A stretch of DNA of 32,000 bases from Promethearchaeota archaeon. GTDB taxonomy: Archaea; Asgardarchaeota; Hermodarchaeia; Hermodarchaeales; Hermodarchaeaceae. Made by a program: the position numbers and the translations under genes. The stretch is from contig JBHLMI010000002.1 of assembly GCA_048938295.1 (NCBI GenBank), positions 90,001-122,000 of the forward strand. Reading direction: 5' to 3'. Each line of letters opens with the position of its first letter. Position 1 is the stretch's first letter. Positions 1 through 8,937 of this stretch are shown one piece after another. Below the pieces are notes generated by a model. It was not told the DNA's origin. It saw only the letters and a list, made by a program, of their open reading frames with translations, and did not search any database.

Positions 1-1
1 G

Positions 2-739
2 AGGAGACGGCCAGTTCCGTTTCTTACTTGTCTCTATATGGTCGCCGATTATGGCACGGACTGCACTGGCCCAGAGAATCTGGTCTTTGCTGAGACCGGT
101 CCAGATGATGCTCTTAGCCGCTTTGCGAACATCACGGTCAGGATCCTCGAAGAGGGCATGAATCTGGGTGAACGGCATTTGCTTCAGCTCTCCTTCGATT
201 TCGATTTCAAACATCCGAGTCGAGAGCCAGTCACCATGAAGTTGCTGCCAGGAGTTGATGCCGAACTGATCCTTTTGAATAATTAATTGCTCGAGCTCTT
301 CGCTTAGCATATGAGGTGCGGTACGAGCTGCTTTTTCAAGAGCATGTTTGTATTCAGCTAGCTCAGGATTCTCGATAAGTTCAGGTTTCGCCGCTACTAA
401 CTGGGCGAGTTCGATTTCCGTGAAGGCTAAAAGTTGCCCTATCTTCGAGCCCATTCGTCTTGCCAAATCGGCTGTCTGTTTGGCATCCTCGTCGAGCGAA
501 TTGGCTTGGTATGCAAGATACGCATATTTGAATGCCCCTTCACGTTTCAAATACTGGTCCTGGGTTTTTTCCAAGAACTCCAGTAATTCCTTTGGGTTCA
601 GCTTCCCGATTTTTCCTTTATACTTGGATGCTAATATTTCTGCATCTTGGACTGCTTTTTCCATTTGCCTTTTCAAACTGTCGAGTTTCGTCGAAGATAC
701 CATTGGGCCTAAGTCCCACGACTCTCCTTTAATTGTCAT
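2..739 (-). CDS. pepF: Oligoendopeptidase F (peptidase M3B), N-terminal part; runs off the left edge of the window
   Basis: Absent from the ORF track because no stop lies in the window. My translation of the minus strand from ATG 739 is open to position 2: MTIKGESWDLGPMVSSTKLDSLKRQMEKAVQDAEILASKYKGKI...YAYLAYQANSLD...LAFTEIELAQL...PELAEYKHALEKAARTAPHMLSEELEQLI...FEDPDRDVRKAA. The N-terminal WDL, the PH.LSEE.E and the DPDR.VRK.A segments are typical of M3B. In-frame alternative ATGs lie at 754 and 757. The HEXXH motif would fall outside the window. Confidence 0.85.
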   Translation of the reverse strand, partial: MTIKGESWDLGPMVSSTKLDSLKRQMEKAVQDAEILASKYKGKIGKLNPKELLEFLEKTQDQYLKREGAFKYAYLAYQANSLDEDAKQTADLARRMGSKIGQLLAFTEIELAQLVAAKPELIENPELAEYKHALEKAARTAPHMLSEELEQLIIQKDQFGINSWQQLHGDWLSTRMFEIEIEGELKQMPFTQIHALFEDPDRDVRKAAKSIIWTGLSKDQILWASAVRAIIGDHIETSKKRNWPSP

Positions 740-839
740 AATAGTTCGCCCCATCATGCAGTGAGGTTTCTGGTTAAAAGTTACGTGGATGAATAAGCTT
801 TGACTAAATGGGCTGTGGAGAAGCTGGTTTCAATTCCTG

Positions 840-2372
840 TTAGGTATTAAGTTGATAGCAGACCCCACTGAACTGGTCGAAGATAGAACGGAATGCTTTG
901 TAGAGTTTATTGTAAGTGGCCACCTGCTCTGGGTCAGGCTTAACCTCTCGATCATAGGTGAAGAGACGTTGGAGGTCATCAAAGGATTTGAACTCGCCTA
1001 AGGCTACTGCAGCCATTAACGCCACCCCCACGGTCCCAGCATCTTGAAGAGTAGTCACGCGCTTCAAGGATACATTGAGTACATCGGCGAATATCTGCAT
1101 CCACAGATCACTTTTAGCTCCACCCCCACAGATGTTTAAGCTAGTGAAGGAGTGACCCATACCCTCTAGTATTTCTTTGACCCACCGTGTGTTATAAGCT
1201 ACGCCTTCCAGTACCGCTCGGACCATATGGGCTCGTCGATGGTCAAAACTCAGATTCAAGAAAGCACTGCGGATGAAAGGGTTGATGAAAGGACAGCGCT
1301 CGCCAATGGGCCAAGGTAAGTATATGAGATTTCGACTCCCAGGAGGAACTTGTTTTGCATTCTCGGTAATGAGATCATAGACATCAACGTTGGCAGTGGA
1401 GGCTTCCTCCTTCTCAGCAGTGCACACATTGTCTACTAGCCATGCTAAGCATGCCCCGGCACTCTCCATATGTCCAGTCAATAGTAGTCGACCGGGAATG
1501 GCACTCTCTACAGTTCCTGCTCCGGCTAGGTCAAATTGTGGCTCATCTTGGTGTTGGGCAATCCAACCTGATGAACCGACATATAGGTGAGGTTCCTTAG
1601 GCTTCAACGCACCAGACCCAATCGGAACGGCCACCATATCACCACAGCCGCACACAATCTGGGTTTCAGCTGTCAGTCCCATCTGTTTAGCCGCTTCAGG
1701 TGAAAGGGTGCCTAAAATATCAGTAGTCTTTTTGATCGTTGCCAACTGGTCCATGGAAAGCCCTAGCCCCTCTTCGATGATTTCAGGTTGGGGTTCATGA
1801 TGATCAATCCGAAAATAATTCCACAAACATGCATGACTCCAATCGGTATAGAAGTCACCTACGCCGGCCTTGAAGAGGATCCAGTCTTTGACATCTACGA
1901 ACTTAGCGGCTTTTTTGAAAATGTGTGGTTCTTCATGCTTTACCCATAGAATCTTAGGTAGGGGATCTTTTGCGGAGGCGACCGGGATGATATTCTTTGC
2001 CAGCATATCTGGAATAGTAAACTGGTTCATCAAAGGAGTTACATAGTCAACAGATCGTACATCAAGCCACAAGATCGTCTTTCGAAGTGGACGCCCCTCC
2101 TTATCCACCGGAATCACCGAGGCCATCATGGCGTCAACTGTGAACGCGGTAATTGAACGGGGATTGATACCGGTTTGGTTAATGATCTCCCGTGATGTAG
2201 TGGTGATTGCATCCCAATAGACCTGTGGATCTTGTTCCGCCCATCGCTCCTTGGGGTACTCAACCTGATAGGCTTGCGTTGCAGTGCCCTGAACACAGCC
2301 TTGCATATCAATGATACTGGATTTAGTAGCACTGGTGCCTAAATCACAGGCAAGAATATAGTTGGCAGACAT
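840..2372 (-). CDS. FGGY-family carbohydrate kinase (xylulokinase-like)
   Basis: DLGTSATK phosphate-1 motif, AEQDP, ILWLDVRS, GCGD, GERCP, VLEGVAY, GGGAKSDLWMQIFADV. GGGAGG RBS at 2380-2385. Substrate cannot be determined from sequence. Confidence 0.9.
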   Translation of the reverse strand: MSANYILACDLGTSATKSSIIDMQGCVQGTATQAYQVEYPKERWAEQDPQVYWDAITTTSREIINQTGINPRSITAFTVDAMMASVIPVDKEGRPLRKTILWLDVRSVDYVTPLMNQFTIPDMLAKNIIPVASAKDPLPKILWVKHEEPHIFKKAAKFVDVKDWILFKAGVGDFYTDWSHACLWNYFRIDHHEPQPEIIEEGLGLSMDQLATIKKTTDILGTLSPEAAKQMGLTAETQIVCGCGDMVAVPIGSGALKPKEPHLYVGSSGWIAQHQDEPQFDLAGAGTVESAIPGRLLLTGHMESAGACLAWLVDNVCTAEKEEASTANVDVYDLITENAKQVPPGSRNLIYLPWPIGERCPFINPFIRSAFLNLSFDHRRAHMVRAVLEGVAYNTRWVKEILEGMGHSFTSLNICGGGAKSDLWMQIFADVLNVSLKRVTTLQDAGTVGVALMAAVALGEFKSFDDLQRLFTYDREVKPDPEQVATYNKLYKAFRSIFDQFSGVCYQLNT

Positions 2373-2406
2373 ATCAAGGCCTCCCAGGTATTAGGGGGAG
2401 ACACTT

Positions 2407-2415
2407 GGTTAAAGG
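2407..2415 (-). promoter_or_regulatory. Candidate archaeal TATA box (CCTTTAACC) for the FGGY kinase
   Basis: TTTAA box about 35 nt upstream of ATG 2372, followed by a GGGAGG RBS. A similar CTTTTAACC lies at 772-780 upstream of pepF. Confidence 0.4.
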
Positions 2416-2433
2416 CTTATTCTCGCTGAGCGC

Positions 2434-3531
2434 TTACTGCCTAATCGCGTTTTTTAGAGAGTTCACACAGGCTTCATTTTGTTCTTGTGTGCCAACAGTG
2501 ATGCGAATGAATTGCCCTACTAATCCAGTTTTTCCAGTATAGTCTCGGACGAGGATACCATCTTGTAAGAGTTTCTGGGAAATTTTGTTCGAATCAGCAT
2601 CTGATGCAGTAAATTGCGTTAGTACAAAGTTGGTTCTTGAGGGAAAGACTCTGACATTGGGTAGTTCGTTGAGTGACTTTTCCAAGAATTCACGACCAGC
2701 CTTGATTTCTTTTTTCACATAACTCAGATATTGAGTATCAGCTAGCGCTGCAACAGCAGCAGCGGCGGTGATGCGATTAACGGGAAAGTGGTGTATGACC
2801 TTTGCGAAATAATCTGCTAAATCGGGGTTGGTGAGGGCATAACCGAGGCGTAATCCTGCAAACCCGAATGCCTTAGCCATGGTCCGGGTTACGATGAGAT
2901 TTGAGTGTTTGTGAATGAAGTGTGCGAGGCTGGTGTCAGCGAAGTCGAAATACGCTTCATCAACAACAATAAGCAAATCCAGGTCAAGTAAACGTTTGAA
3001 CTCACTTTCGGGAATACAGTTGCCTACAGGATTATTCGGACTCACTAAAATGATTTCTTTGGTGGCGGGTGTAATCGCATCGAAGACATGATCAAGGTTC
3101 CAGGTGTAATCGGGAGGGAGACGTGGGGCGAGTTGAGCAGTTCCACCGAAGATAGCGAGACGTAGTTGGTAGGGCCCGTAATCGGGAGGAATGAAAAGCA
3201 CGGCTTCTCTGGGATTAAGGAAGCCGTGATAGAAGGCATCGATGAATTGAGTCGATCCATTTCCAACAACAATATGAGTGGTGGGAAACCCCGTGTAGAT
3301 GGAAAGAGCCTGTTTGAGTTCATAATAGGAGGAGTCGGGGTACAGGTGGGCGTTATCCAAGGCTTTGATGGCCGCTTGCCGGGCCTGAGGTGAGATCCCG
3401 AAGGGAAGCTCATTGCCCATAAGCCGGACATAATCATCGCGAAGCTCGTACAATTTCCTGAGGACGGCTGTGGGGCTGTATGCGACGCCTTTCTGAATGT
3501 GAGGTTTTAGCAGATGTGAAATGTCACCCAT
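2434..3531 (-). CDS. hisC: Histidinol-phosphate aminotransferase-like PLP enzyme (class I/II, HisC/CobD family)
   Basis: NE.P, YPDS, GNGSTQFI, SPNNPVGN, VDEAY, TRTMAKAFGFAGLRLGY (PLP lysine), SRTNFVL, IRITVG. It could instead be an aromatic amino-acid aminotransferase. Confidence 0.8.
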   Translation of the reverse strand: MGDISHLLKPHIQKGVAYSPTAVLRKLYELRDDYVRLMGNELPFGISPQARQAAIKALDNAHLYPDSSYYELKQALSIYTGFPTTHIVVGNGSTQFIDAFYHGFLNPREAVLFIPPDYGPYQLRLAIFGGTAQLAPRLPPDYTWNLDHVFDAITPATKEIILVSPNNPVGNCIPESEFKRLLDLDLLIVVDEAYFDFADTSLAHFIHKHSNLIVTRTMAKAFGFAGLRLGYALTNPDLADYFAKVIHHFPVNRITAAAAVAALADTQYLSYVKKEIKAGREFLEKSLNELPNVRVFPSRTNFVLTQFTASDADSNKISQKLLQDGILVRDYTGKTGLVGQFIRITVGTQEQNEACVNSLKNAIRQ

Positions 3532-3659
3532 CGTGTATTCTCACCCTTGACCGATAATGGTGGTGAGCTCTTTCAGTTGGGGGATATCTTAAAGCCGATG
3601 GTTGTACCGAAATCTGATTCCATCGGTTGAGTACAGATTTTTTCCGCTATCCGGCTCGC

Positions 3660-3667
3660 TTTTAAAC
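3660..3667 (+). promoter_or_regulatory. Candidate TATA box (TTTTAAAC) for a leaderless M32 transcript
   Basis: TTTTAAA ends 22 nt before ATG 3689, which is typical leaderless archaeal spacing. Confidence 0.45.
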
Positions 3668-3688
3668 GGGGCTAACACAGTCTTGAGC

Positions 3689-5206
3689 ATGGCGGTCTAT
3701 GATGATATTATGGTAAAGTACCGTGAGGTGGCCTTGGCTGAATCTGTGATTTCCACCATGCAGTGGGATCAGGAGGTGTATTTGCCCCCCAAAGGATACC
3801 CGTTGAGAGGCGAACAAATGGGATTACTATATCAAATGCGCCAACGGATGCTCTCAAGCCCTGAAATTGGTCAACTACTCGACAAGGCGGAATCCGAATC
3901 TGAATACGCCAAACTTGATACAGTCCAAAGAAGGAATCTCTACTTGTTACGACGCCAATATGACATCATGGTAAAGATTCCGGAAGAACTCACTGGAGCA
4001 ATTTCTAAACAGGCAACAAAAGCGGTCGGCATTTGGAAACAAGCAAAGTCGAAGAATGATTGGAAGCTCTTTAAACCTGAACTAGCAGAGCTAATCACAT
4101 TGCTCCGAAAACGGGGAGAAATCCTGATGGAGGTCCGAAATACGCCCACACTCTACGATGCACTCATAGATACCTTTGAACCAAAGATGACGCAAGAAAA
4201 AATATCCAAAGTATTCACTGAGGTTCGAGACGACCTAATTCCGCTGGTCGACAAATACAGTACTTTAGTGAAAGATAAGGACTTTTCTTTCCTGAAGCGC
4301 AAAGTACCCGTTGAACAACAACGCAAAATCGCAACAGCACTCTGCGAGTATATCAAATATGATACTACCTCGGACCAGGCAGGCGGGCGAATCGATGAAA
4401 CCGAACACCCATTCACCAGTGGTTACTATGATGATGTCCGAATAACCACCCACTACCATGAGAATAACTTCATATCCGCGTTCTATTCCGTGTTACACGA
4501 AGGCGGACACGCGTTATACGACCAGAACATGCCACCTGAAGGGAAATTCCAACCTTGGGGCGATTCAGTCAGTTATGGGTTCCATGAATCTCAATCAAGG
4601 TTCGTCGAAAACGTTCTGGGGCGATCAAAGGAGTTCATCTCATACTTCTATCCAACACTCAACAAACTAACGCATAATACCTTCAAGGACATCAGCTCAG
4701 ATCAATTGACTCAAGCAGTCAATAAGGTTGAACGCTCAAAGATTCGTATCGAAGCGGATGAGGTAACCTACTCACTTCACATCATTATTCGGTTTGAAAT
4801 AGAACGCGATCTCTTTGCGGACAAAGTCGATGTCGCAGATTTACCAAATGTTTGGAACGAAAAATACGAAAAATATCTTGGTGTAACTATTAAAACTGAC
4901 ACTGAAGGGGTCTTACAAGACACACACTGGGCATCTGGATACCACGGATACTTCCCCAGCTATGCTCTCGGTAACGTCTACGGTGGCCAGCTACTCACCG
5001 CGATGGAAAAGACACTACCAAATTGGCTCGACCTCGTTGCTTCAGGAGACTTTGGACCCATCAAGGAATGGATGGTGACCAAGGTCCACCGGAAAGGAAA
5101 CCTCTATGACCCCGAAGATCTCTTGAAACAGATTACTGGCGAAGGACTTAACGCAAAACCATTCATCTATTATTTAACAGCCAAATACAAGAAGATCTTC
5201 GGCTAG
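3689..5206 (+). CDS. Carboxypeptidase M32 (Taq/Pfu-type)
   Basis: WDQEVYLP, HPF, DVRITT, HEGGH zinc motif, HESQSRF, IRIEADE, DTHWASG, GYFPSYALG. Start moved from TTG 3602 to ATG 3689 because of TATA spacing. Confidence 0.95.
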   Translation: MAVYDDIMVKYREVALAESVISTMQWDQEVYLPPKGYPLRGEQMGLLYQMRQRMLSSPEIGQLLDKAESESEYAKLDTVQRRNLYLLRRQYDIMVKIPEELTGAISKQATKAVGIWKQAKSKNDWKLFKPELAELITLLRKRGEILMEVRNTPTLYDALIDTFEPKMTQEKISKVFTEVRDDLIPLVDKYSTLVKDKDFSFLKRKVPVEQQRKIATALCEYIKYDTTSDQAGGRIDETEHPFTSGYYDDVRITTHYHENNFISAFYSVLHEGGHALYDQNMPPEGKFQPWGDSVSYGFHESQSRFVENVLGRSKEFISYFYPTLNKLTHNTFKDISSDQLTQAVNKVERSKIRIEADEVTYSLHIIIRFEIERDLFADKVDVADLPNVWNEKYEKYLGVTIKTDTEGVLQDTHWASGYHGYFPSYALGNVYGGQLLTAMEKTLPNWLDLVASGDFGPIKEWMVTKVHRKGNLYDPEDLLKQITGEGLNAKPFIYYLTAKYKKIFG

Positions 5207-5408
5207 AAGGGAAGAAATGACACCAACCCGCAACTAGATTCACCAATAGTAGAAGAGTAGGATCGGAAAATCGAGTGAAAATAATCAATTCTTCGAAAAA
5301 CGCATCAAAAATCTAGCTTCAAGAGACCAACTAAAGCTTTCTTAAAGGCATTTTTCAATAAGCTACCTGAGGAGCGATACCAGTCCCTGGAAGGGGTAGC
5401 GATAAAGG

Positions 5409-6257
5409 ATGATCCATCACGTCTTCATAATTGATGCACGAGACACTGTGGTCGTGCAGAAGAAATTCTGGATCATCGAAGTCGACAAAGAAGAAATCCG
5501 ACGATTTGCCTTTCGGGTAAAAACGAATCAGATGCTATTGATCGAAGAAATCGGGTCAATAAAATGCATTGGCCAACCACTCGGACGAGGTGTTGTCATT
5601 CTATGCGCTGAGTTCATCGACGAAGATACAACACTGATGGAAAAAATCGAAAAAGTTACCTTCGAGTTTCGTCGAGTTATCAGCTACGAAGAGGAATTCG
5701 ATACATTCATGCGAAAACTCGACACCTATGTTACGACCAAACTGAAAATCAGCTTACTCGGTTATGGTGGCGTCGGCAAGACCACAATACTCCATCTCCT
5801 TAATGGCGGTAAGATACCCCAAACCTATATTCCGACTATTGGGGTTGATATCCAAAAAGTTGAGGGAACTCGAATTGGCACCTATGAACTTCTGTTATGG
5901 GATTTTGCTGGGCAGGAAAGATTCAGGAAGTTGTGGAAGACGTTGTTCTCCCGCTGTCGAATCGTATTCTTAGTCACCGATTCCACTCTGGAGAATGTTT
6001 TGCAGAGTAAAGATATTTTGGAATTTTTGAAAGAACAGGATTCGCTGAATGATGTGGTAATAATCGCTAACAAGCAGGATTTGCCTGGAGCCCTTCAACC
6101 ATCGATTGTACAACGATTATTGGGAAGAAAGGCGTTCGGACTTATTGCAATCGATCCTAATGATCGCTTGAAAGCCTTAGATATCATCCAAAAAAGCCTC
6201 GAACGTGATGTAGACTGGGCAAAGATGGAAATCAATTCCATCGATTTGCTTCCGTAA
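5409..6257 (+). CDS. Small Ras-superfamily GTPase (Arf/Rab-like) with an N-terminal ~110-aa longin-like domain
   Basis: G1 GYGGVGKT (5760-5783), switch I YIPTIGVDI, G3 WDFAGQERFR, G4 NKQDLPGA. The N-terminus MIHHVFIID...VVQKKF resembles the first beta-hairpin of longin domains; that domain call is inference. Confidence 0.9.
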   Translation: MIHHVFIIDARDTVVVQKKFWIIEVDKEEIRRFAFRVKTNQMLLIEEIGSIKCIGQPLGRGVVILCAEFIDEDTTLMEKIEKVTFEFRRVISYEEEFDTFMRKLDTYVTTKLKISLLGYGGVGKTTILHLLNGGKIPQTYIPTIGVDIQKVEGTRIGTYELLLWDFAGQERFRKLWKTLFSRCRIVFLVTDSTLENVLQSKDILEFLKEQDSLNDVVIIANKQDLPGALQPSIVQRLLGRKAFGLIAIDPNDRLKALDIIQKSLERDVDWAKMEINSIDLLP

Positions 6258-6344
6258 CTACACTGTTATTGTTTAATCGTAATTGTTTGTAAAGCCAGCG
6301 AATTTAATTAGGCAACGCCATCTCAGAATGCATTAGTGAATAAT

Positions 6345-7214
6345 ATGGCAACCCAAACCGAAGCTTCAACGGATCCAAAACCTAACAAGTTTCTTGTGAG
6401 TAAAGTTCGCGCCTCAGAGAATCTTCGAGTGGATATCGAAAAAGCAGTCGGACTCATTGGCGGATTTGATTCTTTAATCCAATCTGATGATTTGGTGACC
6501 ATTAAGCCAAACTTGAATACCGCTGACCCTTATCCAGCCTCAAGTGATGCGAATTTCATTCAAGCACTAGGTGAAGCCTTGTTAGCTGCAGGAGCGGGGA
6601 AGCTCCAGATTATGGATGCATCCACCCAGCGCGTCTGTACCCGAGATGTGGGCGAAGCCATTGGTATTTGCGACGTGGCATTGGATTTGGATGCTGATTT
6701 CATATCCCTTGATGAGCACTCCTGGATCAAACAGTCATTCCCCAAAGGAAAGTACCTAAAAAGCGGGCACATTGGCGAGCCTGCCCTGAATCTTGGCAAA
6801 TTGGTCATTGCCCCATGTTTGAAAACCCACTTCATAGCAAAATTCACAGCGAGTATGAAGGTGTTGATGGGGTTGCTAAAACGCCAAGACCGCCTAAAAA
6901 TGCACCTCCGAAACCTCGAATACAAAATCGCAGACCTTGCCTCCTACTTCCACCCAACACTGGTAGTAATGGATGCTCGGAAAGTCTTCGTGACAAAAGG
7001 TCCTGCTTCCGGACACATTGAAACGCCCAACCTCATTTTGGCAAGCCACGATATGGTGGCTATCGATGTCGTGGGTGTTCGGCTGCTTCAAAGTTATAAC
7101 GCCCAAAATAAACTCGACGTACCCGTTTGGGAGCTAAACCAAATTACCCGAGCCAAGGAAATCGGGTTCGGAGCTACAAGTGATGATGAAATTAAAGTCA
7201 TCGAACAGATTTGA
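6345..7214 (+). CDS. DUF362 domain protein
   Basis: VTIKPN, LKTH...TASMK and LVVMDA...GP...G...PNLILASHDMVAIDVV motifs. Probable start ATG 6345 (track GTG 6336). No fused ferredoxin domain. Confidence 0.85.
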   Translation: MATQTEASTDPKPNKFLVSKVRASENLRVDIEKAVGLIGGFDSLIQSDDLVTIKPNLNTADPYPASSDANFIQALGEALLAAGAGKLQIMDASTQRVCTRDVGEAIGICDVALDLDADFISLDEHSWIKQSFPKGKYLKSGHIGEPALNLGKLVIAPCLKTHFIAKFTASMKVLMGLLKRQDRLKMHLRNLEYKIADLASYFHPTLVVMDARKVFVTKGPASGHIETPNLILASHDMVAIDVVGVRLLQSYNAQNKLDVPVWELNQITRAKEIGFGATSDDEIKVIEQI

Positions 7215-7267
7215 GTGCCAAACTGCTCATTGAACTCGAGTTTGAACTTCCCGACGAATTGGAGCTT

Positions 7268-7738
7268 TTAATGTGACACCTTAATGATATCATCATAGTG
7301 TCCGTCGCGGATCTTGTTGAGGACCACGAAGGATCGGGTTTTTTCGATGAAGTCTTGATTGCGGATTTTTTCGATGATTTCCTCAAAGCAAGGAATGTCT
7401 CGGCAGACGATTTTGATGATGAGATCAAACTCGCCGGTCACTGTGTAGATTTCAACGATGTTGTCGATGCCTTGAAGGGCTTTGGCTACCTTGGGTCCGG
7501 GCATTCGGCCGGCGTTGACTCCCATGAGGACCGTGATGGGATTGTCAGCTTTCTCATAATCAATATCGACAGTGAAGCGTTTGATGACGCCAGTTTTGGT
7601 AAGTCGATCGATACGGCGACGCACTGCGGATTCATTCAGCCCAAGGGTGCGGGCTAATCCAGCAACAGGTTGTCGGGCATCGCGCACAAGGTGTCGAAGG
7701 ATCCGCCGGTCGGTTTCATTAAGAATAGATTGAGTCAA
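7268..7738 (-). CDS. Lrp/AsnC-family transcriptional regulator
   Basis: N-terminal HTH (DRRILRHLVRDARQPVAGLARTLGLNESAVRRRIDRL..GVIKRF) and C-terminal RAM domain (VTGEFDLIIKI). Divergent from ilvE. Confidence 0.95.
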   Translation of the reverse strand: MTQSILNETDRRILRHLVRDARQPVAGLARTLGLNESAVRRRIDRLTKTGVIKRFTVDIDYEKADNPITVLMGVNAGRMPGPKVAKALQGIDNIVEIYTVTGEFDLIIKIVCRDIPCFEEIIEKIRNQDFIEKTRSFVVLNKIRDGHYDDIIKVSH

Positions 7739-7756
7739 TTTGTCACATCCGCAACA

Positions 7757-7835
7757 TTTTAAGGAGGACTTGAGCGAGCTCGAAAACCAAGGGTTTATGA
7801 GCCATTTCTAGCCTGTTTCAGTCAGCTCCTTAAAA
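7757..7835. repeat. Perfect 10-bp inverted repeat TTTTAAGGAG...CTCCTTAAAA with a 59-nt spacer
   Basis: 7757-7766 and 7826-7835 are exact reverse complements, in the lrp/ilvE divergent intergenic region. Confidence 0.75.
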
Positions 7836-7914
7836 GGTATTGGTGGTTCATACATTCTTAGTCTAATTTCCTGGCGGATTCTCAGGTTCTCTTATATTAT
7901 ATTGGTGGATTTCA

Positions 7915-8802
7915 ATGGCAGAGGATCCAGTTGTCTACATTGATGGTGAATTTGTGCTGAGTCAAGAAGCGAAGATTTCGGTGTTTGACCATGGCCTCCT
8001 ATACGGTGATGGGATTTTTGAAGGTATCCGCGTCTATTCGGGTGTGGTCTTCAAGTTAGATGCTCACTTGGATCGGTTGTATCGAAGTGCTAGGGCGATG
8101 TGGTTGACGATTCCCCTGGAAAAATCAGAAATGAAGGCAGCAGTTCTGGAGACACTGCGACGTAACGGGTATCAGGACTCGTATATCCGATTACTAGTGA
8201 CCCGGGGGAAGGGCGATTTGGGTGTGAATCCGAAGAAATGTTCGAAGGCGTCAGTGGTGATTATCAACATCCAGGTAGAACCCATGCACGGACATGGCAA
8301 AGCCAACGGGATAACCACAATCATTTCAAGCATTCGGCGACAGGCCCCGGATTCAACGAGCCACGAAATCAAATCCCTTAATTATCTGAATAGTGTCTTG
8401 GCTACGATTGAGGCGAATCGACAGGGGGCGGATGATGCAATCATTTTGGACCAACGAGGGTTCGTTGCAGAAGCGACAGGTACCACGCTCGTGGCGATCT
8501 GGGATGGTGCGTTGCATGCACCTCCGCTGACAGCCAGCATCTTGGATAGCATTACCCGACGCTTTGTCCTGAAAATGGCGGAAGAACTCGGTTATCCAGT
8601 TCATGAAAGAGATATGACGCCATTCCAGTTGTTGATGGCCGAAGAGGTGTTTCTCTGTGGAACCATGGGTGAGATAACACCAATACGCAGCATCAACAAT
8701 CAAGAAATCGGCTCTAAGACACCTGCCCCTATCACAGAGCGATTAATCGCTGAGTATCAGAAGCGTCGGAAAGATCCCAAGAACGGCACACCGATTAGCT
8801 AA
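7915..8802 (+). CDS. ilvE: Branched-chain amino-acid aminotransferase (class IV PLP)
   Basis: YGDGIFEGIR, HLDRL..SA, YIRL.VTRG, EIKSLNYLNS (PLP lysine), L.SITR, EVFLCGTMGEITPI. Confidence 0.95.
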   Translation: MAEDPVVYIDGEFVLSQEAKISVFDHGLLYGDGIFEGIRVYSGVVFKLDAHLDRLYRSARAMWLTIPLEKSEMKAAVLETLRRNGYQDSYIRLLVTRGKGDLGVNPKKCSKASVVIINIQVEPMHGHGKANGITTIISSIRRQAPDSTSHEIKSLNYLNSVLATIEANRQGADDAIILDQRGFVAEATGTTLVAIWDGALHAPPLTASILDSITRRFVLKMAEELGYPVHERDMTPFQLLMAEEVFLCGTMGEITPIRSINNQEIGSKTPAPITERLIAEYQKRRKDPKNGTPIS

Positions 8803-8937
8803 GCATTCTTGAATGTAAAAGTTCTTTACCAGAAACCTAGAAGGAGGTGATGGAGGCCTGAGAGGCCTTTGGAGTTGAATAGTGTGAAAAAGAGACCGAT
8901 CGATGTAATTGCTGTAGGATTGCGGGGGTGTTTACGG

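Noticed and set aside
38-764. Plus-strand track ORFs 38..286, 348..764 and 532..732
   Set aside because: They are shadows of the minus-strand M3B oligopeptidase, which has recognisable motifs and runs off the window edge.
3596-3640. Two interleaved 7-bp inverted repeats (CCGATGG/CCATCGG and AAATCTG/CAGATTT) in the hisC/M32 divergent region
   Set aside because: Short arms, mutually exclusive pairing and no recognisable RNA family. They are compatible with chance.
8841-8870. AAGGAGGTGA, complementary to the 16S rRNA 3' end, followed by an AGGCCT-GAG-AGGCCT hairpin
   Set aside because: It does not continue as 16S sequence (no TCCAGCCGCA), so it is not an rRNA fragment. The ATG directly overlaps the SD and gives only M-E-A-stop, so I cannot support a functional uORF.
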